DNA of 64,000 nt from an uncultured Synergistaceae bacterium (GCA_964515395.1 CAZERC010000003.1:5568-69567), one strand, 5' to 3'. Counted from the first letter of the stretch, positions 1 to 10,418 are shown. Translations and numbers: made by a program. The notes: generated by a model from the letters alone, not told the origin.

Positions 1-60
1 GGTCTCGGAGGGAACATACAGGTTGTCCCTTCCGACGAAAACGGTGAACCGAAGTGGTGA
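1..60 (+). CDS. 3' end of an upstream gene (GLGGNIQVVPSDENGEPKW*), product unknown
   Basis: Open frame from base 1 to TGA at 58-60, just upstream of the hisC RBS. Confidence 0.4.
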   Translation, partial: GLGGNIQVVPSDENGEPKW

Positions 61-92
61 AACAGCAGGCGGGACTCCGGAGGTGACTTGTC

Positions 93-1202
93 ATGTGGCT
101 GAAAAAAATTGTTCGAAAAGGTTTGAATGATGTTGAAAGATACCGGTACGGAAAACCTGTCGCTGAATTGCAAAGAGAACTTGGCCTTGAGCGAGTGGTC
201 CGCCTTTCTTCGAATGAAAACCCCTGGCCCCTGCCGGATTCGGTTTGTGAAGCCATCGGATCGAGTCTGAAGGATGTGCAGCGTTATCCAGATCCAGGAG
301 CTTTCCAGCTCAGGCGGTTCATAGCGGCTCAATGGGGCGTTTCTCCCGCAGAAGTGATCATCGGGTCTGGAACGGAAGGCCTGTTGCACAACCTGTTTCA
401 TACCATAATTGATCCCGGGGACGAGATCGTTTTTCCTGTTCCCACGTATCCGCTTTATCGCCTGGCGGGTATTGCTGCAGCTGCAGAATGCGTCCCCGTG
501 GAAACGGGGCCCGATGGAGGATGGAGCGTCAATGAGCTGGTTGCAGCGTGTACGGAGAAAACAAAGGCCGTTATCATTTGCAACCCCAACAATCCCACGG
601 GCAAGATGCTTCCCAGGAACGATCTGATGCAGCTTGCTTCGGAGCTCGAGGGAATGGGAATACTCCTGGTCGTTGACGAAGCCTATGCGGAATACCTGGA
701 GGACCCCGCCTATCTTTCGGGGATCAAGTTGTTTCACCAGATCGGCAGGGTCGTCATTACAAGGACCTTTTCGAAAATATATGGACTGGCTGCCTTGAGA
801 GCCGGGTATGCCGTTGCTCCGAAAAGTATTACCGAAGCTTATGACAAGATCCATCCCGTGTTCGAGGTCAACAGGATCGCCCAGCGGGCTGCCCTGGCGG
901 CCCTGAAAGAGGAGGAATATGTCAGGACGATCCGGCTGAAAACGATTGAGGAACGGCATCGACTGCTCAAGGAACTCCTCAAGATGGGAGTTCACGTTGA
1001 AAATACCTGTGCGAACTTTGTGCTTGTCAGGCATTCAGCTGCCGAAAGAGTCTACGACTTGCTTTTGCGTGAAGGCGTCATCGTAAGAAAGGGAAGCGAC
1101 CTCGGACTGCCCGGTTTCCTGCGGGTTTCCGTCGGAACGCCGGAAGAGAACGATACGTTCTTGGCATCACTGGAGAAGGTGTTGAACACGGTTGAAGACT
1201 GA
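93..1202 (+). CDS. hisC: Histidinol-phosphate aminotransferase (PLP class I/II)
   Basis: LSSNENP, RYPD, NPNNPTG, VDEAY, TFSKIYGLAALRAGY motifs; GGAGG RBS. Confidence 0.88.
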   Translation: MWLKKIVRKGLNDVERYRYGKPVAELQRELGLERVVRLSSNENPWPLPDSVCEAIGSSLKDVQRYPDPGAFQLRRFIAAQWGVSPAEVIIGSGTEGLLHNLFHTIIDPGDEIVFPVPTYPLYRLAGIAAAAECVPVETGPDGGWSVNELVAACTEKTKAVIICNPNNPTGKMLPRNDLMQLASELEGMGILLVVDEAYAEYLEDPAYLSGIKLFHQIGRVVITRTFSKIYGLAALRAGYAVAPKSITEAYDKIHPVFEVNRIAQRAALAALKEEEYVRTIRLKTIEERHRLLKELLKMGVHVENTCANFVLVRHSAAERVYDLLLREGVIVRKGSDLGLPGFLRVSVGTPEENDTFLASLEKVLNTVED

Positions 1203-2043
1203 CTTGCCACCTTTCGGGTTGAAACTGGCAGGTGTGAGCGTAACGGCCTTTGTCGGACCTGCCGGTACCGGCAAAAGCCAGAGAGCCCAGCTTGTGGGCC
1301 TGAACCTGGGCATCGACTATATCATCGATGACGGTCTCGTCATACGCAGAGGCCAGATCGTCAGCGGACGAAGCGCCAAGGCCGAGAAAAACCAGGTTCG
1401 AGCCATCCGGCGAGCCCTGTTCCAGTTTGAGGACCACAGACAGGCTGTCCGGTCTTATCTCGACAAGGTCCAGCCCTGTACCGTCATGATCATAGCCACA
1501 TCGAATGAAATGGTATCCCATATCGTCACGAATCTGGGTTTGCCTGCACCTGGACAAATAATTCGCATTGAAGAGGTAGCGTCACCGGAAGAGATTTTGA
1601 ACGCGCAGAAAGAGCGAAGCCTGAAAGGGCAGCATGTCATTCCGGTTTCCCACGTTCAGGTGCGAAGGAATTTTGCAGGCAAGCTTGTGGGGAGACTGCG
1701 CGTTCTTTGGAGTGACAGAGGAGCTCATGAAGGGGAGAAGACGATCGTCAGGCCGCCTTTCAATTTTTACGGGGATCTGCATATCGATCCCATGGTGGTC
1801 GAACAGATGGGGCGCTTCATCGCGAAACGTACGCGAGGCATTGTCAGGGTGATTGCCTTTGAAGTCAGACCGTCCGAGGAGGGGATTGCCATATCCATTT
1901 CGATCAGGATCGGGTTTGGCGAGCGGAACCTCTCCGAAACGGGCGAAATGCTTCGCGAACGGGTCTTCAAGGCCGTATCGTACTTTACCGGTCTTGATGT
2001 GAGACGGATCGACGTGCATATACAAGAGGTGGAAATGCCGTGA
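1192..2043 (+). CDS. Uncharacterised P-loop protein with C-terminal Asp23/Gls24-like domain
   Basis: Walker [15 protein letters not shown]-terminus [18 protein letters not shown] typical of Asp23. Confidence 0.65.
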   Translation: MKTDLPPFGLKLAGVSVTAFVGPAGTGKSQRAQLVGLNLGIDYIIDDGLVIRRGQIVSGRSAKAEKNQVRAIRRALFQFEDHRQAVRSYLDKVQPCTVMIIATSNEMVSHIVTNLGLPAPGQIIRIEEVASPEEILNAQKERSLKGQHVIPVSHVQVRRNFAGKLVGRLRVLWSDRGAHEGEKTIVRPPFNFYGDLHIDPMVVEQMGRFIAKRTRGIVRVIAFEVRPSEEGIAISISIRIGFGERNLSETGEMLRERVFKAVSYFTGLDVRRIDVHIQEVEMP

Positions 2044-2684
2044 ATTCACAAAAGACACGTGTTGAAAAGGATGGAATTGCAGGCAGTGAGAATGCAAGGT
2101 TGGAAGCCTGGCGGCGCCTGAAGGAACTTACGTCGGACTGCCGGAAGTGCCCGTTGGCCGAAGGAAGGAATAATGTTGTATTCGGGGAAGGGAATCCCGA
2201 TGCCGATGTCATGTTCATTGGAGAGGGGCCCGGCGGCGATGAAGACGAACAGGGTGTTCCTTTTGTCGGCAGGGCGGGGAAGCTTTTGACGAAGATCCTC
2301 GAATCAGTGGAAATTTCCAGGAAAGAGATTTTCATTACCAATGTCGTGAAATGCAGGCCCCCTGGAAACAGGGTGCCCACGATGGAAGAAATGACTGTTT
2401 GCGATGAATATCTTCAGGCACAGATTGCTCTGATCAAACCGAAAATCATCGTATGCCTCGGGAGCACGCCCACAAAATGGATCCTCAGGACCACAGAGGG
2501 GATAACGAAAATACGCGGACGGTGGTTCAACTGGCGGAACATCTCGGTTATGCCCATGTTCCACCCCAGTTACCTGTTGAGGAACGCATCAACCAAGGTC
2601 GGCAGCCCCAAGCACCAGACATGGCTGGACATCCAGGAAGTCAAGAAACGCTGGGAATCGCTTGGGAGAAATTCTCATGAGTGA
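2040..2684 (+). CDS. Family 4 uracil-DNA glycosylase (4Fe-4S)
   Basis: [38 protein letters not shown]. Confidence 0.93.
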   Translation: MNSQKTRVEKDGIAGSENARLEAWRRLKELTSDCRKCPLAEGRNNVVFGEGNPDADVMFIGEGPGGDEDEQGVPFVGRAGKLLTKILESVEISRKEIFITNVVKCRPPGNRVPTMEEMTVCDEYLQAQIALIKPKIIVCLGSTPTKWILRTTEGITKIRGRWFNWRNISVMPMFHPSYLLRNASTKVGSPKHQTWLDIQEVKKRWESLGRNSHE

Positions 2685-3396
2685 CGGGAACAGCAAGGGC
2701 GGCAAGCGGCCCGATCATGTCGCTTTCATCATGGATGGCAACGGCCGTTGGGCCAGTCAGCGCGGACTGCCGAGAGTCCTGGGGCACCGCGAAGGGGTAA
2801 AAGCCGTTGAACGGGTCGTACGGTTCGGATTGCATGAAGGTGTCCGGTACCTTTCGTTTTATGCATTTTCCACGGAAAACTGGAGGAGACCCGTAGAAGA
2901 GATCCAGGGCCTGATGAGGATTTTCAGGCAACAGATCGCAGACAAGTCAGAGAAACTTGCCGAACAGGGAGTACGGTTGAGATTCTCCGGGAGGCTTGGA
3001 GAATTTCCCGAGGATATTCAGAACCTTATCGAAAAAGCTGAACAAATGACGGCCTCCTTGGAGCGCATGCAGGTGATTGTCTGCATGAACTATGGAGGAC
3101 GCCAGGAGATTCTCGATGCCTTCGGAAGAGCCCTTCGAGAGGGCGTTTCCGAACTGGATGAACGCTCCATAAGATCCTATTTGTACCTTCCGGATGTTCC
3201 GGATCCGGATCTGATGGTCAGAACCAGCGGCGAGATTCGGCTCAGTAATTTCCTTTTGTGGCAGTCGAGTTACGCGGAATTCTTTTTCACCGATACTCTG
3301 TGGCCTGATTTTGCCGAAAAAAATTTCGAAGAAGCCATGGAAGCATATTCGAAAAGGACGCGACGATATGGATCTGTCGAAAATTATGAATCATGA
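2677..3396 (+). CDS. uppS: Undecaprenyl diphosphate synthase
   Basis: HVAFIMDGNGRWA, FSTENWRR, RTSGEIRLSNFLLWQ. Confidence 0.96.
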   Translation: MSDGNSKGGKRPDHVAFIMDGNGRWASQRGLPRVLGHREGVKAVERVVRFGLHEGVRYLSFYAFSTENWRRPVEEIQGLMRIFRQQIADKSEKLAEQGVRLRFSGRLGEFPEDIQNLIEKAEQMTASLERMQVIVCMNYGGRQEILDAFGRALREGVSELDERSIRSYLYLPDVPDPDLMVRTSGEIRLSNFLLWQSSYAEFFFTDTLWPDFAEKNFEEAMEAYSKRTRRYGSVENYES

Positions 3397-4189
3397 AGCA
3401 TTAGCACGGACAGGCAGCGGGATCTGTGTTGTCCTCGGCATTCTCGGGGGCGTTTACATGGGAGGGCCTGTATGGTTTCTGATGAGTTCAGTCATAGCTC
3501 TTGTCTCCCTGGAAGAATTTTACAGGATGATTCTCGAAAACCTTCACGTCTCCAGGGGTATCGGGTATATCGCCGCCGTGATTATACTCATTGCGACCTA
3601 TTTCAGTGAGTCCACCGCCATCCTTCCCGTCATTACCCTTTGCGGTTTCCTTGTACTTTTCGTTGAGATCATACGGCGGAGCCTTTCGGGGAGCAGTTTC
3701 GGCGTGCAGAATATCAGCGGGACACTTGCCGGAGTCTTTTATTGCGTTTTGCCCTGGTGTTTCCTGGTCTTTTTGAGAGACCACGCATGGGGGGTATTCC
3801 TTCTTGTCACCCTCTTTGCCTGTACCTGGAGCTGTGATGTTCTTGCCTACGTTGTTGGCTCATGCTGGGGAAAAACCCCACTGGCCCCGGAAGTCAGCTC
3901 GAAGAAGTCCATTGAAGGCTTCGTCGGAGGCCTCGCCGGAAGCCTGCTTTGTGCGGGCGCCTTGTCCTATCTTTGGGGAATCCGGCCGGTCCCGCTTCTG
4001 TTGATCGGGTTGTTCTGCGGTACTTTCGGGCAGTTGGGGGATCTTGCGGAGTCACTTCTCAAACGTGAAACGGGCAAAAAAGATTCCGGTTCGATAATCC
4101 CCGGGCATGGCGGCATGCTTGATCGTTTCGACAGCATCCTCGTGAATGCGTCGTTGGTGTATCTTTTCTTTGGAGTCTTGTGGCAATGA
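3368..4189 (+). CDS. cdsA: Phosphatidate cytidylyltransferase
   Basis: Multi-TM; SSKKSIEG, GDLAESLLKR...KDSG..IPGHGGMLDRFDS; follows uppS. Confidence 0.95.
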   Translation: MDLSKIMNHEALARTGSGICVVLGILGGVYMGGPVWFLMSSVIALVSLEEFYRMILENLHVSRGIGYIAAVIILIATYFSESTAILPVITLCGFLVLFVEIIRRSLSGSSFGVQNISGTLAGVFYCVLPWCFLVFLRDHAWGVFLLVTLFACTWSCDVLAYVVGSCWGKTPLAPEVSSKKSIEGFVGGLAGSLLCAGALSYLWGIRPVPLLLIGLFCGTFGQLGDLAESLLKRETGKKDSGSIIPGHGGMLDRFDSILVNASLVYLFFGVLWQ

Positions 4190-5403
4190 ATGGAAAAAAG
4201 ATGGCCAGGATCGCCCTTATCGGTGCCACCGGGAGTGTCGGCAGATCAGTAGTCCAGGTGTGCAGATCTTTCCCTGACCGGTTTTCCCTGTATTCCATGG
4301 CGGCCTGCCGGAACGGAAAAGGCCTTCTGGAGCTGCAGGAAGGAACGGAGTGCAGGATTCTCGCACTGACCGGTGAAGATCAGCCCGGTGATCTTGAGGC
4401 ACAGGCGCTTGAGCACACACGGTGGATATGCGGGGAAGAAGCCCTCGAAGAAATCGCAACTGACGAAAACGTCGATTCCGTCGTCTTCGCATCCTCGGGT
4501 GTCGCCGCCGTGGGAGCTATTCTCAAGGCTCTGTGCGCAGGGAAACGGGTGTACCTGGCGAACAAGGAAAGTCTAATCGCAGCGGGGAAGTGGATTATCG
4601 GCGAGACACAATATGAAAATCAGCTTCTGCCTCTGGACAGCGAGCACAACGCCATCTGGCAGTGCCTGGGCAAAAGATGCAACAGCGACGGTGTCAAAAG
4701 ACTCATCCTGACGGCTTCAGGCGGTCCCTTTCTTGACTGGCCCATTGAAAAACTTTCAACTGTCCGCGTCGATGATGTCATGAAGCATCCCGTATGGTCC
4801 ATGGGACCAAAAATCACTGTAGACAGCGCGACAATGATGAACAAGGGCTTCGAAATTATAGAAGCAGGGTTTTTCTTCCAGTGCGAACCGGACAGGATAT
4901 CTGCAGTCATCCATCCGGAATCCCGCGTGCACGGTATGGTCGATTATCTGGATGGAACACGAAGGATGGCGGCCTTTGCTCCCGATATGAGGATTCCCAT
5001 TCTTTCGGCTCTTGCATATCCCGATACGGTCAAATCGCCTTTTGAAATAGATGTCAAGACACCAATTCCCGAAGCTGGAAATCTCAGTTTCCGGAAAATC
5101 GACATTGAACGTTTTCCCTGTTTCCGAATTGCCGTGGAAGCTTTCGAAACGGGGGGCGGATACCCGGCCTTTCTTGTCGGCGTCGATGAAGGGGCGGTAT
5201 CCCTCTTTTTGCAAGGAAAGATTTCTTACAGCGAGATCCCGAAACTTGTCGGAGATGCTCTTGGCGAATATTCGGGACATGACCCCGGAAATTGGGAGGA
5301 AGCCGTGGCCATTGTCGGTCAGGGAAGGCAAAAAATCCTGGAGATATCCGCAGAAAAGGAGAAAAGATCCGGAATGAAGAGGAGAAGGACAGGCAGATGC
5401 TGA
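4186..5403 (+). CDS. dxr: 1-deoxy-D-xylulose 5-phosphate reductoisomerase
   Basis: GATGSVG, LANKES, DSEH, HPVWSMGPKITVDSATMMNKG. Confidence 0.96.
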   Translation: MNGKKMARIALIGATGSVGRSVVQVCRSFPDRFSLYSMAACRNGKGLLELQEGTECRILALTGEDQPGDLEAQALEHTRWICGEEALEEIATDENVDSVVFASSGVAAVGAILKALCAGKRVYLANKESLIAAGKWIIGETQYENQLLPLDSEHNAIWQCLGKRCNSDGVKRLILTASGGPFLDWPIEKLSTVRVDDVMKHPVWSMGPKITVDSATMMNKGFEIIEAGFFFQCEPDRISAVIHPESRVHGMVDYLDGTRRMAAFAPDMRIPILSALAYPDTVKSPFEIDVKTPIPEAGNLSFRKIDIERFPCFRIAVEAFETGGGYPAFLVGVDEGAVSLFLQGKISYSEIPKLVGDALGEYSGHDPGNWEEAVAIVGQGRQKILEISAEKEKRSGMKRRRTGRC

Positions 5404-6443
5404 TGAGCTTGATCTCTTTCATTGTCGTCATCGCGATCTGCGTGATCATACATGAATCAGGCCACTATCTAACGGCTCTTGCCAACGGCATCCAGGTCCA
5501 TGAGTTCGCCTTTGGAATGGGGCCTGTCCTCTGGCAGAGGCAAAGGAAGGGCATGCTTTGGTCCGTCAGGGCGATTCCCGTGGGAGGATTTGTCCGGCTT
5601 GCCGGCATGGGAGAGGAAAAAGAGGGGGAAAGGGTACGCCAGGGTGCGTCCTTTCTGGAAAAGGGGCCGTGGCGGAGGTTTATCGTGCTTGCCGCGGGTT
5701 CCCTTGCCAATATCCTGCTCGCCCTGGTCTTGACGGCTTTTTTGCTTGGAGGACATGGCGTCATTGACATGGAGAGTACGAGAATCGGTGGTGTCCTGCC
5801 TGGATACCCTGCAGAAGAGGCAGGCATACAGGCAGGGGACAAGATTGTCGCCGTAGACGGTGTCGAGGTCGAGACATGGAAGGAGATGTCCAGCGAAATT
5901 CGCGGCAAGACCGAAGAGACTCCGGTAACCCTGCGGATCAAGCGAGGGACGGATCATTTCGACATTACGACGGTGATTCCCGTGGACCCCGAGCTCGGGT
6001 ATCCCCTTTTCGGCATCCAGCCCGCGCGAGTGACCTACGGGCCTGTTGATGCGGCCTTGAATTCCGTCGGCTACATCTGGAATTTCAGCCTCCAGATTAT
6101 TGGAGGCATCTATACATGGATTGTCGGCAAGGCGGATGTGGAGGTCACGGGGCCCGTGGGGATCGCGGCGATGGCAGGAGAGGCCGCAAAGAGCGGTTTA
6201 TGGACCTTCATATCATTTCTCGCCATGATCAATCTCCACCTGGGGATCCTCAATCTCCTGCCCTTCCCGGCCCTTGACGGCGGGCGCCTCTTCCTCGTCG
6301 TCTTCGAGATCCTTTTCAGAAGGCGTCTTCCGGAAAAATGGGAACAATATATCCATCTCATCGGTTTTGCGCTTTTGATCGCTCTTTTGCTGGCAGTAAC
6401 CTGGAAGGACATTATCCGCCTGATTCCTGTCGGCAGCGGGTAG
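5397..6443 (+). CDS. rseP: RIP metalloprotease RseP (one PDZ domain)
   Basis: HESGH, NLLPFPALDGG, PDZ; conserved gene order. Confidence 0.95.
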   Translation: MLMSLISFIVVIAICVIIHESGHYLTALANGIQVHEFAFGMGPVLWQRQRKGMLWSVRAIPVGGFVRLAGMGEEKEGERVRQGASFLEKGPWRRFIVLAAGSLANILLALVLTAFLLGGHGVIDMESTRIGGVLPGYPAEEAGIQAGDKIVAVDGVEVETWKEMSSEIRGKTEETPVTLRIKRGTDHFDITTVIPVDPELGYPLFGIQPARVTYGPVDAALNSVGYIWNFSLQIIGGIYTWIVGKADVEVTGPVGIAAMAGEAAKSGLWTFISFLAMINLHLGILNLLPFPALDGGRLFLVVFEILFRRRLPEKWEQYIHLIGFALLIALLLAVTWKDIIRLIPVGSG

Positions 6444-6455
6444 GGGGAAGGCGAC

Positions 6456-7580
6456 ATGGGGAAAGAGAAACAAAAACCGAAAACCGTGCGCATTCAGGGA
6501 CTGGACATCGGCAATGCCGCTCCCGTGAGAGTGGAAAGCATGCTGAAAAATCCCTTGGATGAGGAACGAGCGGTTTTCGAGGAAATGGAAGAGCTGGAAG
6601 CAGTGGGATGTGAACTCGTCCGGGTGGCTTTTCCTTCACGGGATCTCGCGCCCCATCTCGAAAATCTGCTGGCACGCGCAAATATTCCGGTCATGGCCGA
6701 TGTGCATTTCGATTATGATCTCGCCGTCGAGGCAATCCGGTGCGGCTTGAGGTCGGTTCGTATCAATCCCGGTAACATGAAAGACAGAAAAAGGCTGCGA
6801 AGACTGATACAAGTGGCTGCCGGGGAAGGAGCCGTCCTCAGGATCGGGGCGAATTCCGGCTCCCTTCCGGACCGGCTTGTACAAGAGTTTGAAGGTGACA
6901 GAGGCCTGGCGCTGGCTGAAGCTGTGGCCGGCCAGGCGGAGGTCATGGAGCACGAAGGTTTTGCGGATATTATCCTTTCAGCGAAATCCACATCCCTTGA
7001 AGAGACGGTAAGGTCAAATCTTATCCTTGCAGAGCGTTTCCCTTATCCGCTGCATGTGGGCATTACTGAAGCCGGTCCGGGAATGTGGGGCATCGTCAAA
7101 ACTTCCTGCGGCCTCGCCCGTCTGTTTTCCCAGGGTGTGGGGGATACGGTCAGGGTCAGCCTTACTGGATCTTCTGCAGAAGAAGTGCTTGTCGCGCAGG
7201 CTGTCCTCCAGAATATGGGCTTGAGGTGCTTCAGGGCCGATCTCGTATCCTGTCCTGCCTGCGGGAGGAAAAGAGTGGATGTGGAAAAACTCGTAAAACT
7301 TGTCGAGCCCTACATGAACAGATTCCCAAAGCACTGGACCGTGGCCGTGATGGGGTGTGAAGTCAACGGGCCACGCGAGGCGGCTCACGCCGATCTTGGA
7401 ATCGCCGGTACGTCCTCGGGGGTTGCCCTTTTCAGGCATGGGCGGATCGTGGAAACGTGCCTTGCGGGTGAGGCTGAGACAAGGCTCTCGTCCTTTGTTG
7501 AATCCTGCCTCAAAGAGGAAGGCGCGCCGGAATCAAACGGTTTGGGCCCTGATGGGGACGCGACGCTGCATGCCGATTGA
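6456..7580 (+). CDS. ispG: HMBPP synthase
   Basis: ADVHF, RINPGN, HVGITEAG, SCPACGR, MGCEVNGP. Confidence 0.95.
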   Translation: MGKEKQKPKTVRIQGLDIGNAAPVRVESMLKNPLDEERAVFEEMEELEAVGCELVRVAFPSRDLAPHLENLLARANIPVMADVHFDYDLAVEAIRCGLRSVRINPGNMKDRKRLRRLIQVAAGEGAVLRIGANSGSLPDRLVQEFEGDRGLALAEAVAGQAEVMEHEGFADIILSAKSTSLEETVRSNLILAERFPYPLHVGITEAGPGMWGIVKTSCGLARLFSQGVGDTVRVSLTGSSAEEVLVAQAVLQNMGLRCFRADLVSCPACGRKRVDVEKLVKLVEPYMNRFPKHWTVAVMGCEVNGPREAAHADLGIAGTSSGVALFRHGRIVETCLAGEAETRLSSFVESCLKEEGAPESNGLGPDGDATLHAD

Positions 7581-7604
7581 CAGGTACGAGAGTCTCGATA
7601 TAAT
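7577..7604 (+). promoter_or_regulatory. Sigma70-type promoter of the polyamine operon
   Basis: TTGACA (7577-7582), 16-nt spacer, TATAAT (7599-7604). Confidence 0.75.
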
Positions 7605-7659
7605 GATATCCGCTTTTTCCTCGGTTGGAGGATATTTATCGAGGTAGGGGGCTTTTGAT

Positions 7660-8133
7660 ATGTTGCCAGTGCCTGAAAAGTATGCGCTTGCCGTAGGAAA
7701 GGGGGAGGGCGGGAAAAAGCTTAACGCCTTTGACGCAGCCTTGATCGATGCGGGAATTGGAAACATGAACCTGCTCCGCGTCAGCAGCGTACTTCCCCCG
7801 GGGTGTGTTTTTGAAGACGGGATCGATCTTCCTTTGGGCTCCCTTTTACCAGTAGCCTACGGGTCCATTACCAGTGACGTCCATGGGGAAACCATTTCCG
7901 CCGCGATCGGAGTCGGAGTCCCTGAAAATAATGAAGATTCGGGCATGATCATGGAATACTCCGGATTCTGTGAAGCTGATGAAGCGGCTCAAAAAGTCGA
8001 GGAAATGGTCCGGGATGCTTTCGAGATGCGTCAGGTCAAGCTCAGGGAAGTCAAGGTCAAGGCCGTCGATCACGTGGTCGAAAAGTGCGGTTCTGTCATT
8101 GCCGCATGCCCCTTGTTCTACCCTCGCCGGTAA
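7660..8133 (+). CDS. pdaD: Pyruvoyl-dependent arginine decarboxylase
   Basis: LNAFDAALIDAGIGNMNLLRVSSVLPP with the S|S self-cleavage site; polyamine context. Confidence 0.88.
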   Translation: MLPVPEKYALAVGKGEGGKKLNAFDAALIDAGIGNMNLLRVSSVLPPGCVFEDGIDLPLGSLLPVAYGSITSDVHGETISAAIGVGVPENNEDSGMIMEYSGFCEADEAAQKVEEMVRDAFEMRQVKLREVKVKAVDHVVEKCGSVIAACPLFYPRR

Positions 8134-8164
8134 ACCGGGCATTTGATCGGGATGGTTGGTGACA

Positions 8165-9019
8165 ATGGAAAAGCGAACTGCCGATTTGTGGCTTACCGAA
8201 TACCAGACTCCTGATATGCGCCTTGGACTCAGGATGAATAAAGTGCTCAGGAATTTGCAGACACCATACCAGCACCTTCTTGTGGTCGATACGGAACAGT
8301 ATGGACGGGTTCTCGTTCTTGACGGCGCAATTCAGGTGACAGAGGCGGACGAATTCACCTATCACGAAATGATCGTCCATGTCGCCATGTGCTCTCATCC
8401 GGAACCCCTTGATGTTCTCGTCATTGGTGGCGGCGACGGTGGAAGCATCAGGGAGATCCTCCGCCATGAAACCGTCAGGAAGGCTGTCCTCGTTGATATC
8501 GACGAAGAAGTGATCAGGGCCTCCAGGGAATTTTTTCCGGGTGTCAGCTGCAGCCTTGATGACCCGCGGGTGGTGGTGCGTCCCATGGACGCCCTCGAAT
8601 TTGTCAAGAACCAGAAATCATGTTTTGACGTGATCGTTGTAGACAGCACCGATCCTGTTGATTTTGCCGAAGGATTGTTCAGGGAGCCCTTCTATCAGGA
8701 CGTGTACCATGCCCTTCGGGAGGACGGGATGATGGTGGCCCAGACGGAGTCGCCCTTTGCGGAACCCCGTTTGCTTCGCAACGCCGTTTCGGAGATGAAG
8801 AGAGTCTTTCCGGTGGTCAAGGTGTTCTGGGGCGCCATGCCGACCTATCCGACAGGCATGTGGACTTACACGATTGGCTCGAAAGCCTGCGATCCGGAGG
8901 TCATCATGCGGGAAGCACCGGATGGAACCATGTACTACTCCAGTGCGATCCACAGGGCCGCCTTTTCGCTGCCGCCCTTTGTCGTGGAACTCCTTGAAGA
9001 AAAAGGAGAACCCCGTTGA
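8165..9019 (+). CDS. speE: Polyamine aminopropyltransferase (spermidine synthase)
   Basis: LDGAIQ, YHEMIVH, VIGGGDGG, IVVDSTDP, PTYPTG. Confidence 0.95.
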   Translation: MEKRTADLWLTEYQTPDMRLGLRMNKVLRNLQTPYQHLLVVDTEQYGRVLVLDGAIQVTEADEFTYHEMIVHVAMCSHPEPLDVLVIGGGDGGSIREILRHETVRKAVLVDIDEEVIRASREFFPGVSCSLDDPRVVVRPMDALEFVKNQKSCFDVIVVDSTDPVDFAEGLFREPFYQDVYHALREDGMMVAQTESPFAEPRLLRNAVSEMKRVFPVVKVFWGAMPTYPTGMWTYTIGSKACDPEVIMREAPDGTMYYSSAIHRAAFSLPPFVVELLEEKGEPR

Positions 9020-9861
9020 AACGGTTTCTCGGATCGAAGGGCACCCTTTCTGATGCCGACTGGATCATCCTCGGAGCACCGCTGGATTTGACTCTTTCCC
9101 GACTTCCGGGCAGCCGCAGGGGGCCGGAAGCGATTCGAGAAGAATCGGAACATCTTGAAACCTACAGCATCAAGGTCGGACGAGACCTTGCAGAAGCCTC
9201 CTATCGGGATGTTGGTAATATCGTCCTCGATGGCAGGGATCTCAGGGAATCCCTTGATGTCATCCATCTCGTTGCAAGGCGTTTTTACGACCTTGGGAAA
9301 AGGCTTTTTACTTTCGGGGGTGAACATCTGACGACTCTTCCGATCGTGAAAGCGGCGTCACAATATTACGGCGGACTCAAAGTCGTCCATCTGGATGCCC
9401 ATGCCGACTTGAGGGACACGTATCATGGCTCCGGACTGACCCATGCCACGGTGATGAGACGTGTGGCAGAAGGATGTCTCCAGTCGCCGAAAGACCTTTA
9501 CCAGTTCGGCATCCGCTCGGCGACAGGAGAAGAACATCAATGGGGGAAAAGTCACACGAACTTCATGGCGGATCGTGTTTTGGAACCCCTTGAAGATGCA
9601 CTGGAATCACTGAAGGGGTCTTTTGTCTATGTGAGCATTGATATTGATGTGGTGGATCCGGGATATGCACCGGGTACGGGAACTCCGGAACCTGGGGGCA
9701 TCCATCCGGGAGAACTTTTTGATGCCCTTCGGCTTCTTGGAAACCTGGATATTATCGGATGCGACATCGTTGAGGTTTCGCCGGGACTGGATGTCAATGG
9801 CATAACGTCGGCCCTGGCCGCAAAAATCTGCAGGGAGAGCCTGCTTTACTGGGGCAGGTGA
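9016..9861 (+). CDS. speB: Agmatinase / ureohydrolase
   Basis: GGEH, DAHADL, SIDIDVVDP..APGTGTPEPGG. Confidence 0.93.
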   Translation: MKRFLGSKGTLSDADWIILGAPLDLTLSRLPGSRRGPEAIREESEHLETYSIKVGRDLAEASYRDVGNIVLDGRDLRESLDVIHLVARRFYDLGKRLFTFGGEHLTTLPIVKAASQYYGGLKVVHLDAHADLRDTYHGSGLTHATVMRRVAEGCLQSPKDLYQFGIRSATGEEHQWGKSHTNFMADRVLEPLEDALESLKGSFVYVSIDIDVVDPGYAPGTGTPEPGGIHPGELFDALRLLGNLDIIGCDIVEVSPGLDVNGITSALAAKICRESLLYWGR

Positions 9862-9865
9862 CGGA

Positions 9866-10294
9866 ATGATGGAGGGGAACACGAACAGCCTGGGGCGGCA
9901 CATTCTAGTGGAGGCCTGGGGTTGCAGGAACGAGTCACTGAATGATTTGCCGGGCATCCGTCGGGCCATGATCAATGCCGCTGAAGCGGCCGGGGCAACG
10001 GTTCTCGACGTTTCTTTCAGACGATTCGCTCCTCAGGGCGTCAGCGGAGTGGTGATTATTTCCGAATCCCACCTGACGATCCACACATGGCCGGAGCACG
10101 GCTACGCGGCAATTGATCTTTTTACTTGTGGGGACAGGGCCGAACCCTGGAAGGCCTTTAATGTCCTTTCCGCATTTCTGGGAGCTGGGCAGGTATCCGC
10201 CATGGAATTGAGACGTGGTGAATTCGACGATTCGAATCAGCCCGCATCACGAGAAAAGGAAGCCGTCCTCTCTCGAGGGCATACGGGAAAATAA
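9866..10294 (+). CDS. speD: S-adenosylmethionine decarboxylase proenzyme (class 1B)
   Basis: LGRHIL, FAPQGVSGVVIISESHLTIHTWPEHGYAAIDLFTCG. Confidence 0.93.
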   Translation: MMEGNTNSLGRHILVEAWGCRNESLNDLPGIRRAMINAAEAAGATVLDVSFRRFAPQGVSGVVIISESHLTIHTWPEHGYAAIDLFTCGDRAEPWKAFNVLSAFLGAGQVSAMELRRGEFDDSNQPASREKEAVLSRGHTGK

Positions 10295-10327
10295 AGAAGC
10301 GGGGAATCAACCCCGCTTCTTTGTTTT
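10293..10327 (+). terminator. Rho-independent terminator after speD
   Basis: AAAGAAGCGGGG-aatcaa-CCCCGCTTCTTT followed by GTTTT. Confidence 0.85.
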
Positions 10328-10418
10328 CGACAATTTCATGCAGCAGGATAAAGGAACAGGTATACTGTGAATAAACTTTCTGAAGCTAAGAGTTTATTTT
10401 GAATTGGAGGGAGCCCGA

